From contig JBMFMB010000022.1 in the NCBI GenBank assembly GCA_049970895.1, forward strand, positions 1 to 17,365: DNA of 17,365 nucleotides, given 5' to 3'. This stretch comes from Candidatus Bathyarchaeia archaeon (GTDB lineage: Archaea > Thermoproteota > Bathyarchaeia > Bathyarchaeales > Bathycorpusculaceae). Both the position numbers and the translations under genes were made by a program. The notes beneath the pieces were generated by a model, which was given only the letters and a program-made list of their open reading frames with translations, ran no database searches and had not been told where the DNA came from. Below are positions 1-7,556 of this stretch, piece after piece (positions within the stretch are counted from its first letter, which is position 1; every line of letters starts with the position of its first letter).

Positions 1-573
1 CTCCTTTTCGATTTGCAGGAGGCTCACAGCGTTTGGTCCCTCAATGGTTGAGAAAAGCGTGTTTAGGGCTTCTTCTGGGCTATCTTTCTCTATGAGAAGT
101 TCTTCAAAAAAGTGTGGTATAACCTCCGAATCTATGAGTTCAGCCCTTTCAGACTCGAAGAAGTGTTTATTGCTAAGCCTCTCCCTAATAGCCTTATAAT
201 TTGTGACGTTTCCGTTGTGGGCTGAAACCACAGTCAAGCCCGAAAGACACCTCGCAACATACGGTTGGGCTGTCTCCCTGAATTGGGCTGTTTCTATAAA
301 CCATGGGCTTGGCAGCCGCACATGCCCAATTAGGATGGATGCGGTGTCAAACTTGCAAATTTTAGCCAACTGCTCGGCTGGTGAACCATCCACCTTTCCA
401 ACCTTCTCAAGTGAGACGTTTCCAGAACTTGTGAGAATGGCTATTCCAGCACCATAACCTCCAACTGGTTTGGGCTCGTTTGGGTATTGATGTTTTTCAA
501 GCTTTTGGAGAACTCTTAAGGCGTATGCCACTTTTATGGGCTTTTTAAGTACGAAGCCGAATATGCCGCACAT
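1..573 (-). CDS. Class II (Ntn) glutamine amidotransferase-domain protein, 3' end runs off the window
   Basis: Missing from the ORF track and translated by hand: ATG at 573 gives MCGIFGFVLKK...GYGAGIA...IGHVR...AQP...SAHNGNVTNY...IDSEVI, open to base 1. The N-terminal Cys nucleophile and the GHxR, HNG and DSE motifs are typical of GATase-II. SD-like GGTGA at 585-581. Confidence 0.88.
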   Translation of the reverse strand, partial: MCGIFGFVLKKPIKVAYALRVLQKLEKHQYPNEPKPVGGYGAGIAILTSSGNVSLEKVGKVDGSPAEQLAKICKFDTASILIGHVRLPSPWFIETAQFRETAQPYVARCLSGLTVVSAHNGNVTNYKAIRERLSNKHFFESERAELIDSEVIPHFFEELLIEKDSPEEALNTLFSTIEGPNAVSLLQIEKE

Positions 574-590
574 TTTCGCATCACCCTAGC

Positions 591-1133
591 CTAAACTATG
601 TATTTCTGGTCTGTTTTCTCAAAGTCCTTAACTATTTCCATGACCCGCTTGGCGTGAAAAGCCTTGTCTAAGGGTATGCTCTTCAGCAAAGCCCAAGGGC
701 TGCTTTTGGCTATGGCTGTGGCTATGTGCTCTTCGCCGAAGCACTCCCTTGCCACATAATAAACCAACTGTCTAACCTTCAATTCGGAAACATGCCCCCA
801 AGAATGGAGATACTCGTGGAGAAGCAAATTATAGATTAAAGCGTTAACAACCCGCTTTGAATTTGTGGAAGCCTCAACAGCCCTCACAAGGATGCGGTTC
901 AAAATAATGTTGTTTGTTCCAATGGGGTGGTAGGCGCCCAACTGTATGGGCAAATCGTCAAGGAAAAGCATCATCCCATTCCTCCTCTGGTCCAAGGTAA
1001 AGGCAACGGTGTCCTTAACGACCTCCCATATGTCGCCATAACTCGAAGCGTTCTCAAGCCTCAAACGATAATTCTTAATGTGGCTTCCATCCAAGGATTT
1101 TCTCTCCTTTCCATTTTTACAATGGAATTGCAA
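591..1133 (-). CDS. Hypothetical protein with HExxH zinc-binding motif (zincin-like, putative metallopeptidase)
   Basis: 180-aa ORF containing LLHEYLHSWG preceded by LGAYH...NNIILN. Ends 17 bp before the GATase start. The true start may be TTG at 1094. Confidence 0.7.
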   Translation of the reverse strand: MQFHCKNGKERKSLDGSHIKNYRLRLENASSYGDIWEVVKDTVAFTLDQRRNGMMLFLDDLPIQLGAYHPIGTNNIILNRILVRAVEASTNSKRVVNALIYNLLLHEYLHSWGHVSELKVRQLVYYVARECFGEEHIATAIAKSSPWALLKSIPLDKAFHAKRVMEIVKDFEKTDQKYIV

Positions 1134-1136
1134 AAC

Positions 1137-1146
1137 ATAAATATAA
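1137..1146 (+). promoter_or_regulatory. Putative TATA box for the C/D sRNA (AT-rich, possibly bidirectional)
   Basis: ATAAATATAA about 25 nt upstream of the predicted sRNA 5' end, preceded by an A-rich BRE-like stretch. Confidence 0.4.
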
Positions 1147-1168
1147 TTTCATAAAGTATTCTATTTTT

Positions 1169-1227
1169 GGACGATGAAGAGATCGAGGTACGCTGAGCTG
1201 ATGATTGCTTTTTCCGCTCCTGAGTCC
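1169..1227 (+). ncRNA. Archaeal box C/D 2'-O-methylation guide sRNA
   Basis: Box C-like CGATGA 1172-1177, D' CTGA 1193-1196, C' TGATGA 1199-1204, D CTGA 1220-1223. Two 15-nt guides, terminal complementarity GGAC/GTCC, about 59 nt, intergenic. Confidence 0.88.
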
Positions 1228-1301
1228 CAAAACTGCTTTTATATGCTCAGCTAAAAATTCGTTGAAGGAGGTAAAAAGGTGAACGAGAGCTTGAGGAAAG
1301 G

Positions 1302-1529
1302 CTATGCTTCTTTTGGTCCTGTGACGTATGCCCATACGCTTACTATTATGAGCGTTAGGAAGGCGCCTGCAAGTCCTGAAAGGACATATCTTATGCTGAA
1401 AATGGCGGGTAGTACGGCCGCAAGCCATGGAATTACATACTCAATTGTTAGTTCGGCTATGACTCCAGCGATGAATCCTAAGATGGCGACGAACGTGAAG
1501 ATCTTTAATCTTTCGCCCATATTTTCCAC
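1302..1529 (-). CDS. Small membrane protein, two predicted TM helices
   Basis: 75 aa with two long hydrophobic segments (IFTFVAILGFIAGVIA; VLSGLAGAFLTLIIVSVWAYV). The start could be GTG 1529 or ATG 1520. Confidence 0.75.
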   Translation of the reverse strand: MENMGERLKIFTFVAILGFIAGVIAELTIEYVIPWLAAVLPAIFSIRYVLSGLAGAFLTLIIVSVWAYVTGPKEA

Positions 1530-1700
1530 CTAGCCTAATACTTGAATTATAAGCCTCTTTTTAGTCTAACTTACACTTTTTTGTCTATTTCCGCGAAAAT
1601 AGAAAGGAGTTCTTTTCACTGGAAAATTAAAGCTCAAAAAGGTTTCAGACGGCACATATAGCTCTACATATATACGTGGATAATGCGGGCATATTAAGAA

Positions 1701-1708
1701 TATATAAA
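1701..1708 (+). promoter_or_regulatory. Putative TATA box of the cdv operon
   Basis: TATATAAA preceded by purine-rich AAGAA, about 30 nt upstream of SD GGAGG at 1737-1741. Confidence 0.55.
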
Positions 1709-1749
1709 GATTTGCCAAGCCCCTAAAGCCTCTCTTGGAGGAATCAAGC

Positions 1750-2412
1750 TTGTCAGAAAAGTTTAGTAGAAGATGGGATGAGAGACGCGACGAGCAACCA
1801 ATAACAGAACGCATTAAGGAGGCGGTCAGACCACCGGGTCCATTGAAGCCAAGACTTGACATGGCTGTCCGCCGCATAGAACTACAAATCCAGAAATTGG
1901 ACCAGGCAAGCGAGAGGTTCAGCCAAAGAGACAAGTCAATATTTGCAAGGATCGTTGACGCCTATACAAAACATGACATGGCACGGGCAAACGTCTTCGC
2001 CAACGAGCTGGCTGAAATTAGGAAAATGGAAAAGATGATTATGCAGGCTAGGCTTGCCCTTGAACAAATAGTCTTAAGATTACGCACAGTATCAGAGCTT
2101 GGAGACGTTGTCTCAACCCTTGGCCCAGCAGTAAGCGTGCTAAGAGCCGTAAAAACTGGAATGGCTAACATCTTCCCAGAAGCGGAGAGGGAGTTGGGGC
2201 AAATAGGCAACCTTCTAAGCGGAATAATAGTTGAGGCTGGACAAAGCACAGGACTATCAATAAACTTTGAAACTGCCAATGAAGACGCCCAGAAAATCCT
2301 CACGGAGGCAGCTGCTGTCGCTGAACAGAAAATTAAGGAGAAATTCCCAGAGCTTCCGGCAGGAATCCCACAAGTGCCGTTGCCAGAAAAGTCTCCAACG
2401 GAAACTTCCTAG
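1750..2412 (+). CDS. cdvB: ESCRT-III/Snf7-family cell division protein (CdvB1/2-like, no winged-helix domain)
   Basis: Helical Snf7 core (RANVFANELAEIRKM...LEQIVLRLRTVSELGD) and a Pro-rich MIM2-like tail (FPELPAGIP). Start moved to TTG 1750 because of SD GGAGG at 1737-1741. Confidence 0.92.
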   Translation: MSEKFSRRWDERRDEQPITERIKEAVRPPGPLKPRLDMAVRRIELQIQKLDQASERFSQRDKSIFARIVDAYTKHDMARANVFANELAEIRKMEKMIMQARLALEQIVLRLRTVSELGDVVSTLGPAVSVLRAVKTGMANIFPEAERELGQIGNLLSGIIVEAGQSTGLSINFETANEDAQKILTEAAAVAEQKIKEKFPELPAGIPQVPLPEKSPTETS

Positions 2413-2433
2413 AAATAGATTGGAGGAATGCGC

Positions 2434-3153
2434 ATGCCGCAAGACCCCAATCTTTTTTTGTCCCTTGGAAAAATCGTTAAAGACGAGTATGGACGCCCAA
2501 TAGGCGAGGTTGTATCCTTCGCCGTCAAGCCAAACGGTGGGGTTGATGCCATTTACATAAGGCACAGTGACGGACGCTTTGTTAAATATCCTGCTGGAAC
2601 AATTAAGGTCGAAGGCTCGGAGGTAATTTTCCTCTCAAAAGTTAAGTATGACACTTCGGTCTTCTGCGACCAAATCCCACTTATATGGCGTAAAGACCAA
2701 GCCCTAAAAGAGCTTCTTGAGAAAAAGAAGATATCATCAGAAGTATATGAAGACCTGCATAGGAGTTTTGAAGGCGCCCTAAACCAGCTTAAAAGCGAAG
2801 CCCAAACCTTGCTGGAAAGAATTGATAAAGAAATTGAAAGGTGCAATCAGGAGATTAGGGAACTCAATTACGCGCTTGTCCACTTGGAAGTGGAGCATGA
2901 AATAGGTGAAGTTGACGACCAATCTTATAAGACGGCATTCGCCACCATTCAAGAATGCTTAAAGAGGGCTAACTTGGAGAAGACAGACCTTGAAAGCATG
3001 AAGAACAAGCTTTCGAATATATTGTTGGGAGAGGCTCCGCCGAAAACCGTTGTTGAAGAGCCTGTTGAAGAAGCCCCAACTCCCCCGTCTCCAAGCCTAC
3101 CAGAACCCCCAGTCATAGTTTACGTGAAAGAAGCAGGCGAAGCCGGCATATAG
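2434..3153 (+). CDS. cdvA: Cell division protein CdvA
   Basis: N-terminal PRC-barrel-like sequence (GKIVKDEYGRPIGEVV), long coiled coil, Pro-rich linker and a C-terminal ESCRT-III-binding-like peptide (EPPVIVYVK). Lies between two cdvB genes. SD GGAGG at 2422-2426 favours ATG 2434. Confidence 0.9.
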   Translation: MPQDPNLFLSLGKIVKDEYGRPIGEVVSFAVKPNGGVDAIYIRHSDGRFVKYPAGTIKVEGSEVIFLSKVKYDTSVFCDQIPLIWRKDQALKELLEKKKISSEVYEDLHRSFEGALNQLKSEAQTLLERIDKEIERCNQEIRELNYALVHLEVEHEIGEVDDQSYKTAFATIQECLKRANLEKTDLESMKNKLSNILLGEAPPKTVVEEPVEEAPTPPSPSLPEPPVIVYVKEAGEAGI

Positions 3154-3183
3154 ACTTCTGCGTAGCGGGCGGAGGGAGCCAAA

Positions 3184-4086
3184 ATAAAAAACCCTTTCAC
3201 CCAAACCCCTCCACCACTACGAGAAGTTATAATCAAGTCTGTGCATAAACTTCGCATTCAACAACACAAAGTGGTTCAAGCATCGCTGAGACTTAAGGAG
3301 AGAGACAAAAGCCTATTCCAAACCTGTGTAACAGCACTGAGAGCCAACAACAGGGAAAGGGCTGCAATATGCGCAAATGAGCTGGCTGAAGTCCGCAAAC
3401 TAATCAATTTTCTCCAGCAGGTGGAGCTTGCTATTGAAAGGGTTATCCTCCGCCTCGAAACAGTGAAGGAGCTAAGCGACATAGTCATAGACCTAAAACC
3501 AGCACTTAGGACTCTCCAAAGTGTCTCCAAACAATTGTTTGATGTCCTACCAGAAGTTTCTTCGGAACTTAGCGAAATTAACGACGTCATAGGAGAAACA
3601 ATCTATTCCACAAAGATATCAGCAGACGAGGCCATAATTCCGGTTGACAGACTCACGCCAGCAGGAGAGCAAATTCTGAAGGAAGTTTCAAGCTTCCTGG
3701 AGAAGAGAATTGCCGAGAAGCTTCCTGAACCGCCCGCTATGCAGGAGACACCACCAGTAAAGCTTGAGCCTGCACAAGCCCAAATTAAGCAGATGGTTGC
3801 TTTAGCGGCTTCATGCTCCCAGTCTGTGGGCAGCGAGACTGTTGAGGCTGAAAAGGGAAGCTCCCAGAATCTAATTTCATTCCGAAAAGCCGAAATTCAT
3901 GAAATTTCGCTTCACGTTGGGAAGCCAACCCTTGAGGACACCCTCCTGGAATATGTTCGGAAAAGTGGAGGCGAAATAGACTTGACGCGTTGTTCTCGGG
4001 ATTTGGGCGTCTCATATGAGGATATTGAGAAGGCCCTTCAAAGTCTTGGGGCTAAGGGTAAGATAAAGATTGAAGCTAGAAGGTGA
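3184..4086 (+). CDS. cdvB: ESCRT-III cell division protein CdvB with C-terminal winged-helix domain
   Basis: Snf7 core (RAAICANELAEVRKL...IERVILRLETVKEL), MIM2-like LPEPP, and a C-terminal wH (LLEYVRKSGGEIDLTRCSRDLGVSYEDIEKALQSL). The ORF track starts at GTG 3241; ATA 3184 is proposed here (see findings). Confidence 0.9.
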   Translation: MKNPFTQTPPPLREVIIKSVHKLRIQQHKVVQASLRLKERDKSLFQTCVTALRANNRERAAICANELAEVRKLINFLQQVELAIERVILRLETVKELSDIVIDLKPALRTLQSVSKQLFDVLPEVSSELSEINDVIGETIYSTKISADEAIIPVDRLTPAGEQILKEVSSFLEKRIAEKLPEPPAMQETPPVKLEPAQAQIKQMVALAASCSQSVGSETVEAEKGSSQNLISFRKAEIHEISLHVGKPTLEDTLLEYVRKSGGEIDLTRCSRDLGVSYEDIEKALQSLGAKGKIKIEARR

Positions 4087-4093
4087 TTTTGTC

Positions 4094-5260
4094 ATGGAAG
4101 CATCGCAAGAGCTTGAAAGGTCTGCCACAAACTATGCGCTGGAGGCTGTTCGCCTCGACAAGCAAGGTGCAAGAGGCATGGCTATAACCATGTACCAAAA
4201 GGCCATAGAAACCCTGCTGAAGCTTGTCCAGTTATACCCAGACTACAGCCTAAACAAGGTTTACATCCAAAGAGCCATAGCCTACCAAGAAAGAATAAAG
4301 GTGCTACAAGGAGCCGTTGGGCCAGCAGAGCTTCAAGCTGAGGCTAAAGGCGTTGAAGGTGCAAAAACAGGCGAGGAAAAGAAAGCCAGCTATGAAGACT
4401 TGATTGTTAAGGAAAAGCCAAATGTGAAATGGGACGAGGTTATAGGGCTTGATACTGCAAAGAAGGCCATAAAAGAGGCCATAATTTACCCAGTTCAGAG
4501 GCCAGACTTGTTCCCGCTCGGATGGCCTAGGGGCATACTCCTATTTGGGCCGCCGGGATGCGGCAAAACGCTGTTGGCTGCTGCCGCCGCAACGGAAATC
4601 GACGCTGTTTTCATTTCTGTTGATGCCGCTTCAATAATGTCTAAGTGGTTGGGTGAGGCTGAGCAGAATGTTGCCCGCCTTTTTGAGTCTGCCAGAAAAT
4701 CCGCCTTGGAGGATAAGAAGCCAGCCATAATCTTCATTGACGAGCTGGACTCTCTGATGGGCAAGCACTCCAACGAGGTTGGCGGCGAAGTCCGAGTGCG
4801 AAACCAGTTCTTGAAGGAGATGGATGGCATAATAGACAAGGGCAAAAATATCCACGTATACGTCATAGGAGCCACAAACAAGCCTTGGGACTTAGACTGG
4901 CCCTTCATTAGACGTTTCCAAAAACGCATCCTCGTACCACTTCCAGACCATCACGCTCGCTTAATGATGTTTAAGCATTATACAAGCAACTTGCTTTTGG
5001 CGCCTGACGTGGACTTGCACGAGTTGGCTAGGCTTTCTGAGGGCTTTTCTGGAAGCGACATTAAAGATGTCTGCCAAGCAGCCCACTTAAAGGTTATAGG
5101 GGAATTCTTCGAGTCCGGTCAAGCAGCAAACAGGCTTGCCAAGCCTAGACCCTTACGCATGAGCGATTTTAGGCAGATTCTTGAAGAACGAAAGCCAAGT
5201 GTCTCCCTTGACATGCTAGCCTTGTATAACAGGTGGTTTGAAGCCTTTAAAGCCCTATAG
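4094..5260 (+). CDS. cdvC: CdvC/Vps4 AAA+ ATPase with N-terminal MIT domain
   Basis: MIT domain (ALEAVRLDKQG...YQKAIETL), Walker A GPPGCGKT, pore loop SKWLGEAE, Walker B IIFIDELD, SRH ATNKPWDLD...RRF. SD AGGTGA 4081-4086 overlaps the cdvB stop and favours ATG 4094. Confidence 0.96.
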   Translation: MEASQELERSATNYALEAVRLDKQGARGMAITMYQKAIETLLKLVQLYPDYSLNKVYIQRAIAYQERIKVLQGAVGPAELQAEAKGVEGAKTGEEKKASYEDLIVKEKPNVKWDEVIGLDTAKKAIKEAIIYPVQRPDLFPLGWPRGILLFGPPGCGKTLLAAAAATEIDAVFISVDAASIMSKWLGEAEQNVARLFESARKSALEDKKPAIIFIDELDSLMGKHSNEVGGEVRVRNQFLKEMDGIIDKGKNIHVYVIGATNKPWDLDWPFIRRFQKRILVPLPDHHARLMMFKHYTSNLLLAPDVDLHELARLSEGFSGSDIKDVCQAAHLKVIGEFFESGQAANRLAKPRPLRMSDFRQILEERKPSVSLDMLALYNRWFEAFKAL

Positions 5261-5386
5261 GAGCGCCCGTAAAGTGGATAGGTTTGGAGAAATCCTCTTC
5301 TATATTTTGAAAGCCTCTCCTTTCTCCCTTCTCCCCCTCGGAATCTCCAAACCCCACAATTAACTTGGGCGCTCTGTAAAGGGGCT
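5251..5386. repeat. Long imperfect inverted repeat (hairpin) between convergent cdvC and mobB
   Basis: Nested arms: GAGCGCCC 5261-5268 with GGGCGCTC 5367-5374; GTGG 5274-5277 with CCAC 5354-5357; GGTTTGGAGA 5281-5290 with TCTCCAAACC 5344-5353; outer AGCCC 5251-5255 with GGGCT 5382-5386. The loop contains a pure pyrimidine tract at 5314-5339. Confidence 0.8.
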
Positions 5387-5392
5387 ACTGCT

Positions 5393-5941
5393 TCAAAAAC
5401 CTCTTTTTTCCCTTATAATTTTTTCCACAAGCTCAGTAAGTTCAGCCGACTCCCTAAAAACATCAAAATATGGGGCTGGCAAGTCTTTTCCCATCACCGG
5501 ATAGGGACCCGTAAAGGCTATTATTGGCTTGAAGGTTTTTAGAGCTTCAGCAACATCCTCTCTGGATTTTACAGCCACTATTTTTGGTACGTCTGGGTTT
5601 TCGCCTAAAAGTTTTCTAAAACCTTCAATTAGGATTATGTCGCTGTTTTGGCACTTTTCCACTATGCCTTCAACGGTCAAGTTGCTTATTTCACCTTTCT
5701 CTATTATGGCTGTTTCTTTTGGTGATATGCTAACTATTGTTTTGGCTCCGGCTTCTGCAAATCTCCATGTGTCCTTACCCTTCGTGTCTATTGTGAAGTC
5801 TTCTTCTGGGATGTGTTTTACGGCTGCCACTTTATAGCCTCGGCGGGTTAGCTCCCTTGTTAGGGCTTCTATTGTTGTTGTTTTTCCAGACTCTTTGCTT
5901 CCCAAGACGGCTATTATTGTGGCTATGGCTTTGTTTTTCAA
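5393..5941 (-). CDS. mobB: Molybdopterin-guanine dinucleotide biosynthesis protein B
   Basis: P-loop GSKESGKTT, KVAAVKH, GKDTWRFAEAGA and DIILIEGFR are MobB hallmarks. TTG start with SD AGGTG. Confidence 0.92.
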   Translation of the reverse strand: MKNKAIATIIAVLGSKESGKTTTIEALTRELTRRGYKVAAVKHIPEEDFTIDTKGKDTWRFAEAGAKTIVSISPKETAIIEKGEISNLTVEGIVEKCQNSDIILIEGFRKLLGENPDVPKIVAVKSREDVAEALKTFKPIIAFTGPYPVMGKDLPAPYFDVFRESAELTELVEKIIREKRGF

Positions 5942-5952
5942 TTTTGCACCTT

Positions 5953-6423
5953 CTAGCCTTCCATCTCTTCGCTGAAGATTCTCTTAAAGGTGGCCTTATC
6001 CATATGGAGCTTTTCCGAGAGGTTTTTAATCCATTTTATGTAGCTCCTAAAAATGTTCTGTGATATTTCTGCCTTTTCCTCGTTTGAAAGCTCTTTCTCC
6101 TCCGCCAATAGGAGGGCAAACCATTTGCCAGCATCCGAAAGAGTATAAGCCTTAACCCAAACTATGCGTCCATTATGTTGCTTTTTTTCCATACCCTCTG
6201 TTAAGATTCCAAGCTTTGTCAAAACTTTCAAGTTCTCAATTACCGTCTTGTTTGAGTATTGGAGCCCTCTAACAAGATCTTTTTGGTAAACCTTGTTTGA
6301 AATCCCCATTTTAAGGAAGTATCTTAAAATGTCGAGGGAAGCCTTAGAGCCGAAAATTGCGCTTAGTATACGGTCTTTTTCCTCAGCTGGAAGGAAAACT
6401 ACATAGGGATGTAGTGAACTCAT
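5953..6423 (-). CDS. Winged-helix HTH putative transcriptional regulator (ArsR/MarR-like)
   Basis: HTH-like YQKDLVRGLQYSNKTVIENLKVLTKLGIL followed by a wing (VWVKAYTLSDAGK). Ends 11 bp before mobB. ATG 6423 preferred over 6441. Confidence 0.75.
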   Translation of the reverse strand: MSSLHPYVVFLPAEEKDRILSAIFGSKASLDILRYFLKMGISNKVYQKDLVRGLQYSNKTVIENLKVLTKLGILTEGMEKKQHNGRIVWVKAYTLSDAGKWFALLLAEEKELSNEEKAEISQNIFRSYIKWIKNLSEKLHMDKATFKRIFSEEMEG

Positions 6424-6518
6424 CTGTCCAAAGCACCACAAAAAGTCTTCTGCTATTCCTTAATATTGCTTTCTCAAAACGTCAACACTTTTAAAATAGT
6501 CAGCCAAATTCTATCAAG

Positions 6519-7556
6519 GTGTCCTTGACGACTGCGCCTAAAAACTGGCTTCCAATGGACGGAGACACATTCGCCACCAGCGAAGGCTTCATCCTAAACG
6601 TTTTTGGCTATGAGCATCCGGAAAAACGGGTAATAGCCTTTTTAAAGTACATACCATCAGGGTTCAAGGAACTCTTCAATGTGCGCCTTTTGGAGAGGAC
6701 GTGGCGTTATGGGCGCATTGAACTTTTTAGAGCTGAAAAGCTTTATACGGCGAAAAACTACCAAACCTTCCTACAAGTTTTTAGGAAAAACTTCCCAGAT
6801 TATGTTTATTACTGTCCCTTCAGAGGGAAGGATGTTATCAGCGCACCCTTGGCAAAGGTTAGGCGAGTGTATGTTCCAAAAGAATGTCTTCAAAGGCTTT
6901 TGAGGATGAAGAGGCTGGACAAACTGCAGAGGATGACCCTTGATTTTGTGAATTTGGTTTCCAGTGCTTCGAATGTCGCCCTTGAAGATTTTGGTGTTCA
7001 CGGCTCCATAGCCCTAAACATGCACTCCCAAGAGTCTGACATTGACGTTGTTGTTTATGGTAGCCGAAACTTCCGCAAAGTGGAAAAGGCTATTGACAAG
7101 CTTGTTGAAGAGGGAACCCTAAGCTATGTTTTCAATAACCGTTTGGATGCCGCGAGACGGTTTAAGGGGCGATTCCGCGGCAAAATTTTCATGTATAATG
7201 CTGTCCGCAAACCAGAAGAGGTTACAACCAAGTATGGCGAGCACTATTACAAGCCAATAGCCCCAGTTAAATTCCAATGCAGGGTTAAGGATGACTGTGA
7301 AGCCATGTTCCGCCCAGCCATATACAAAATAGAAGACTTTACACCACTAAACCAAAACTCAAGGCTTCCAAGAGAAATGGTTCCAGAGGCTGTTGTCTCC
7401 ATGATTGGATGCTACAGAAACATCGCCAAAAACGGGCAAAAAATAGAGGTTGCCGGTATGCTGGAACGCGTGGAAAAAGTTGGAACTGGAGAAGTCTTCT
7501 ACCAAGTTGTTGTTGGAACAGCTGGAAGCGAGGAAGAGTACATTTGGCCAGTTTAA
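6519..7556 (+). CDS. Predicted Pol-beta-superfamily nucleotidyltransferase (COG1665-like), paralog 1
   Basis: N-terminal domain (DGDTFATSEGFILNVFGYEHP), NTase signature GVHGS...SDIDVVVYG, and an OB-fold-like C-terminus (IEVAGMLERV). Confidence 0.8.
   Translation: MSLTTAPKNWLPMDGDTFATSEGFILNVFGYEHPEKRVIAFLKYIPSGFKELFNVRLLERTWRYGRIELFRAEKLYTAKNYQTFLQVFRKNFPDYVYYCPFRGKDVISAPLAKVRRVYVPKECLQRLLRMKRLDKLQRMTLDFVNLVSSASNVALEDFGVHGSIALNMHSQESDIDVVVYGSRNFRKVEKAIDKLVEEGTLSYVFNNRLDAARRFKGRFRGKIFMYNAVRKPEEVTTKYGEHYYKPIAPVKFQCRVKDDCEAMFRPAIYKIEDFTPLNQNSRLPREMVPEAVVSMIGCYRNIAKNGQKIEVAGMLERVEKVGTGEVFYQVVVGTAGSEEEYIWPV

Noticed and set aside
203-457. 84-aa plus-strand ORF
   Set aside because: Antisense shadow of the amidotransferase gene.
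1117-1428. 103-aa minus-strand ORF (and the plus-strand ORF 1279-1533)
   Set aside because: They overlap the C/D sRNA and/or the more credible 2-TM gene and have no protein-like features.
3151-3183. cdvA and cdvB are in the same frame, separated only by two TAG codons, suggesting pyrrolysine or amber readthrough to a fusion protein
   Set aside because: TAG is the ordinary stop of many genes here (cdvB1, cdvC, mch and others), and the downstream gene has its own SD.
5261-5374. Hairpin as an H/ACA guide RNA or tRNA
   Set aside because: There is no ACA box 3' of the stem on either strand, no clear K-turn, and no cloverleaf or T-loop.
7409-7543. 45-aa N-terminal extension of NTase paralog 2
   Set aside because: It lies within paralog 1 in another frame; similarity to the paralogs begins only after TTG 7544.
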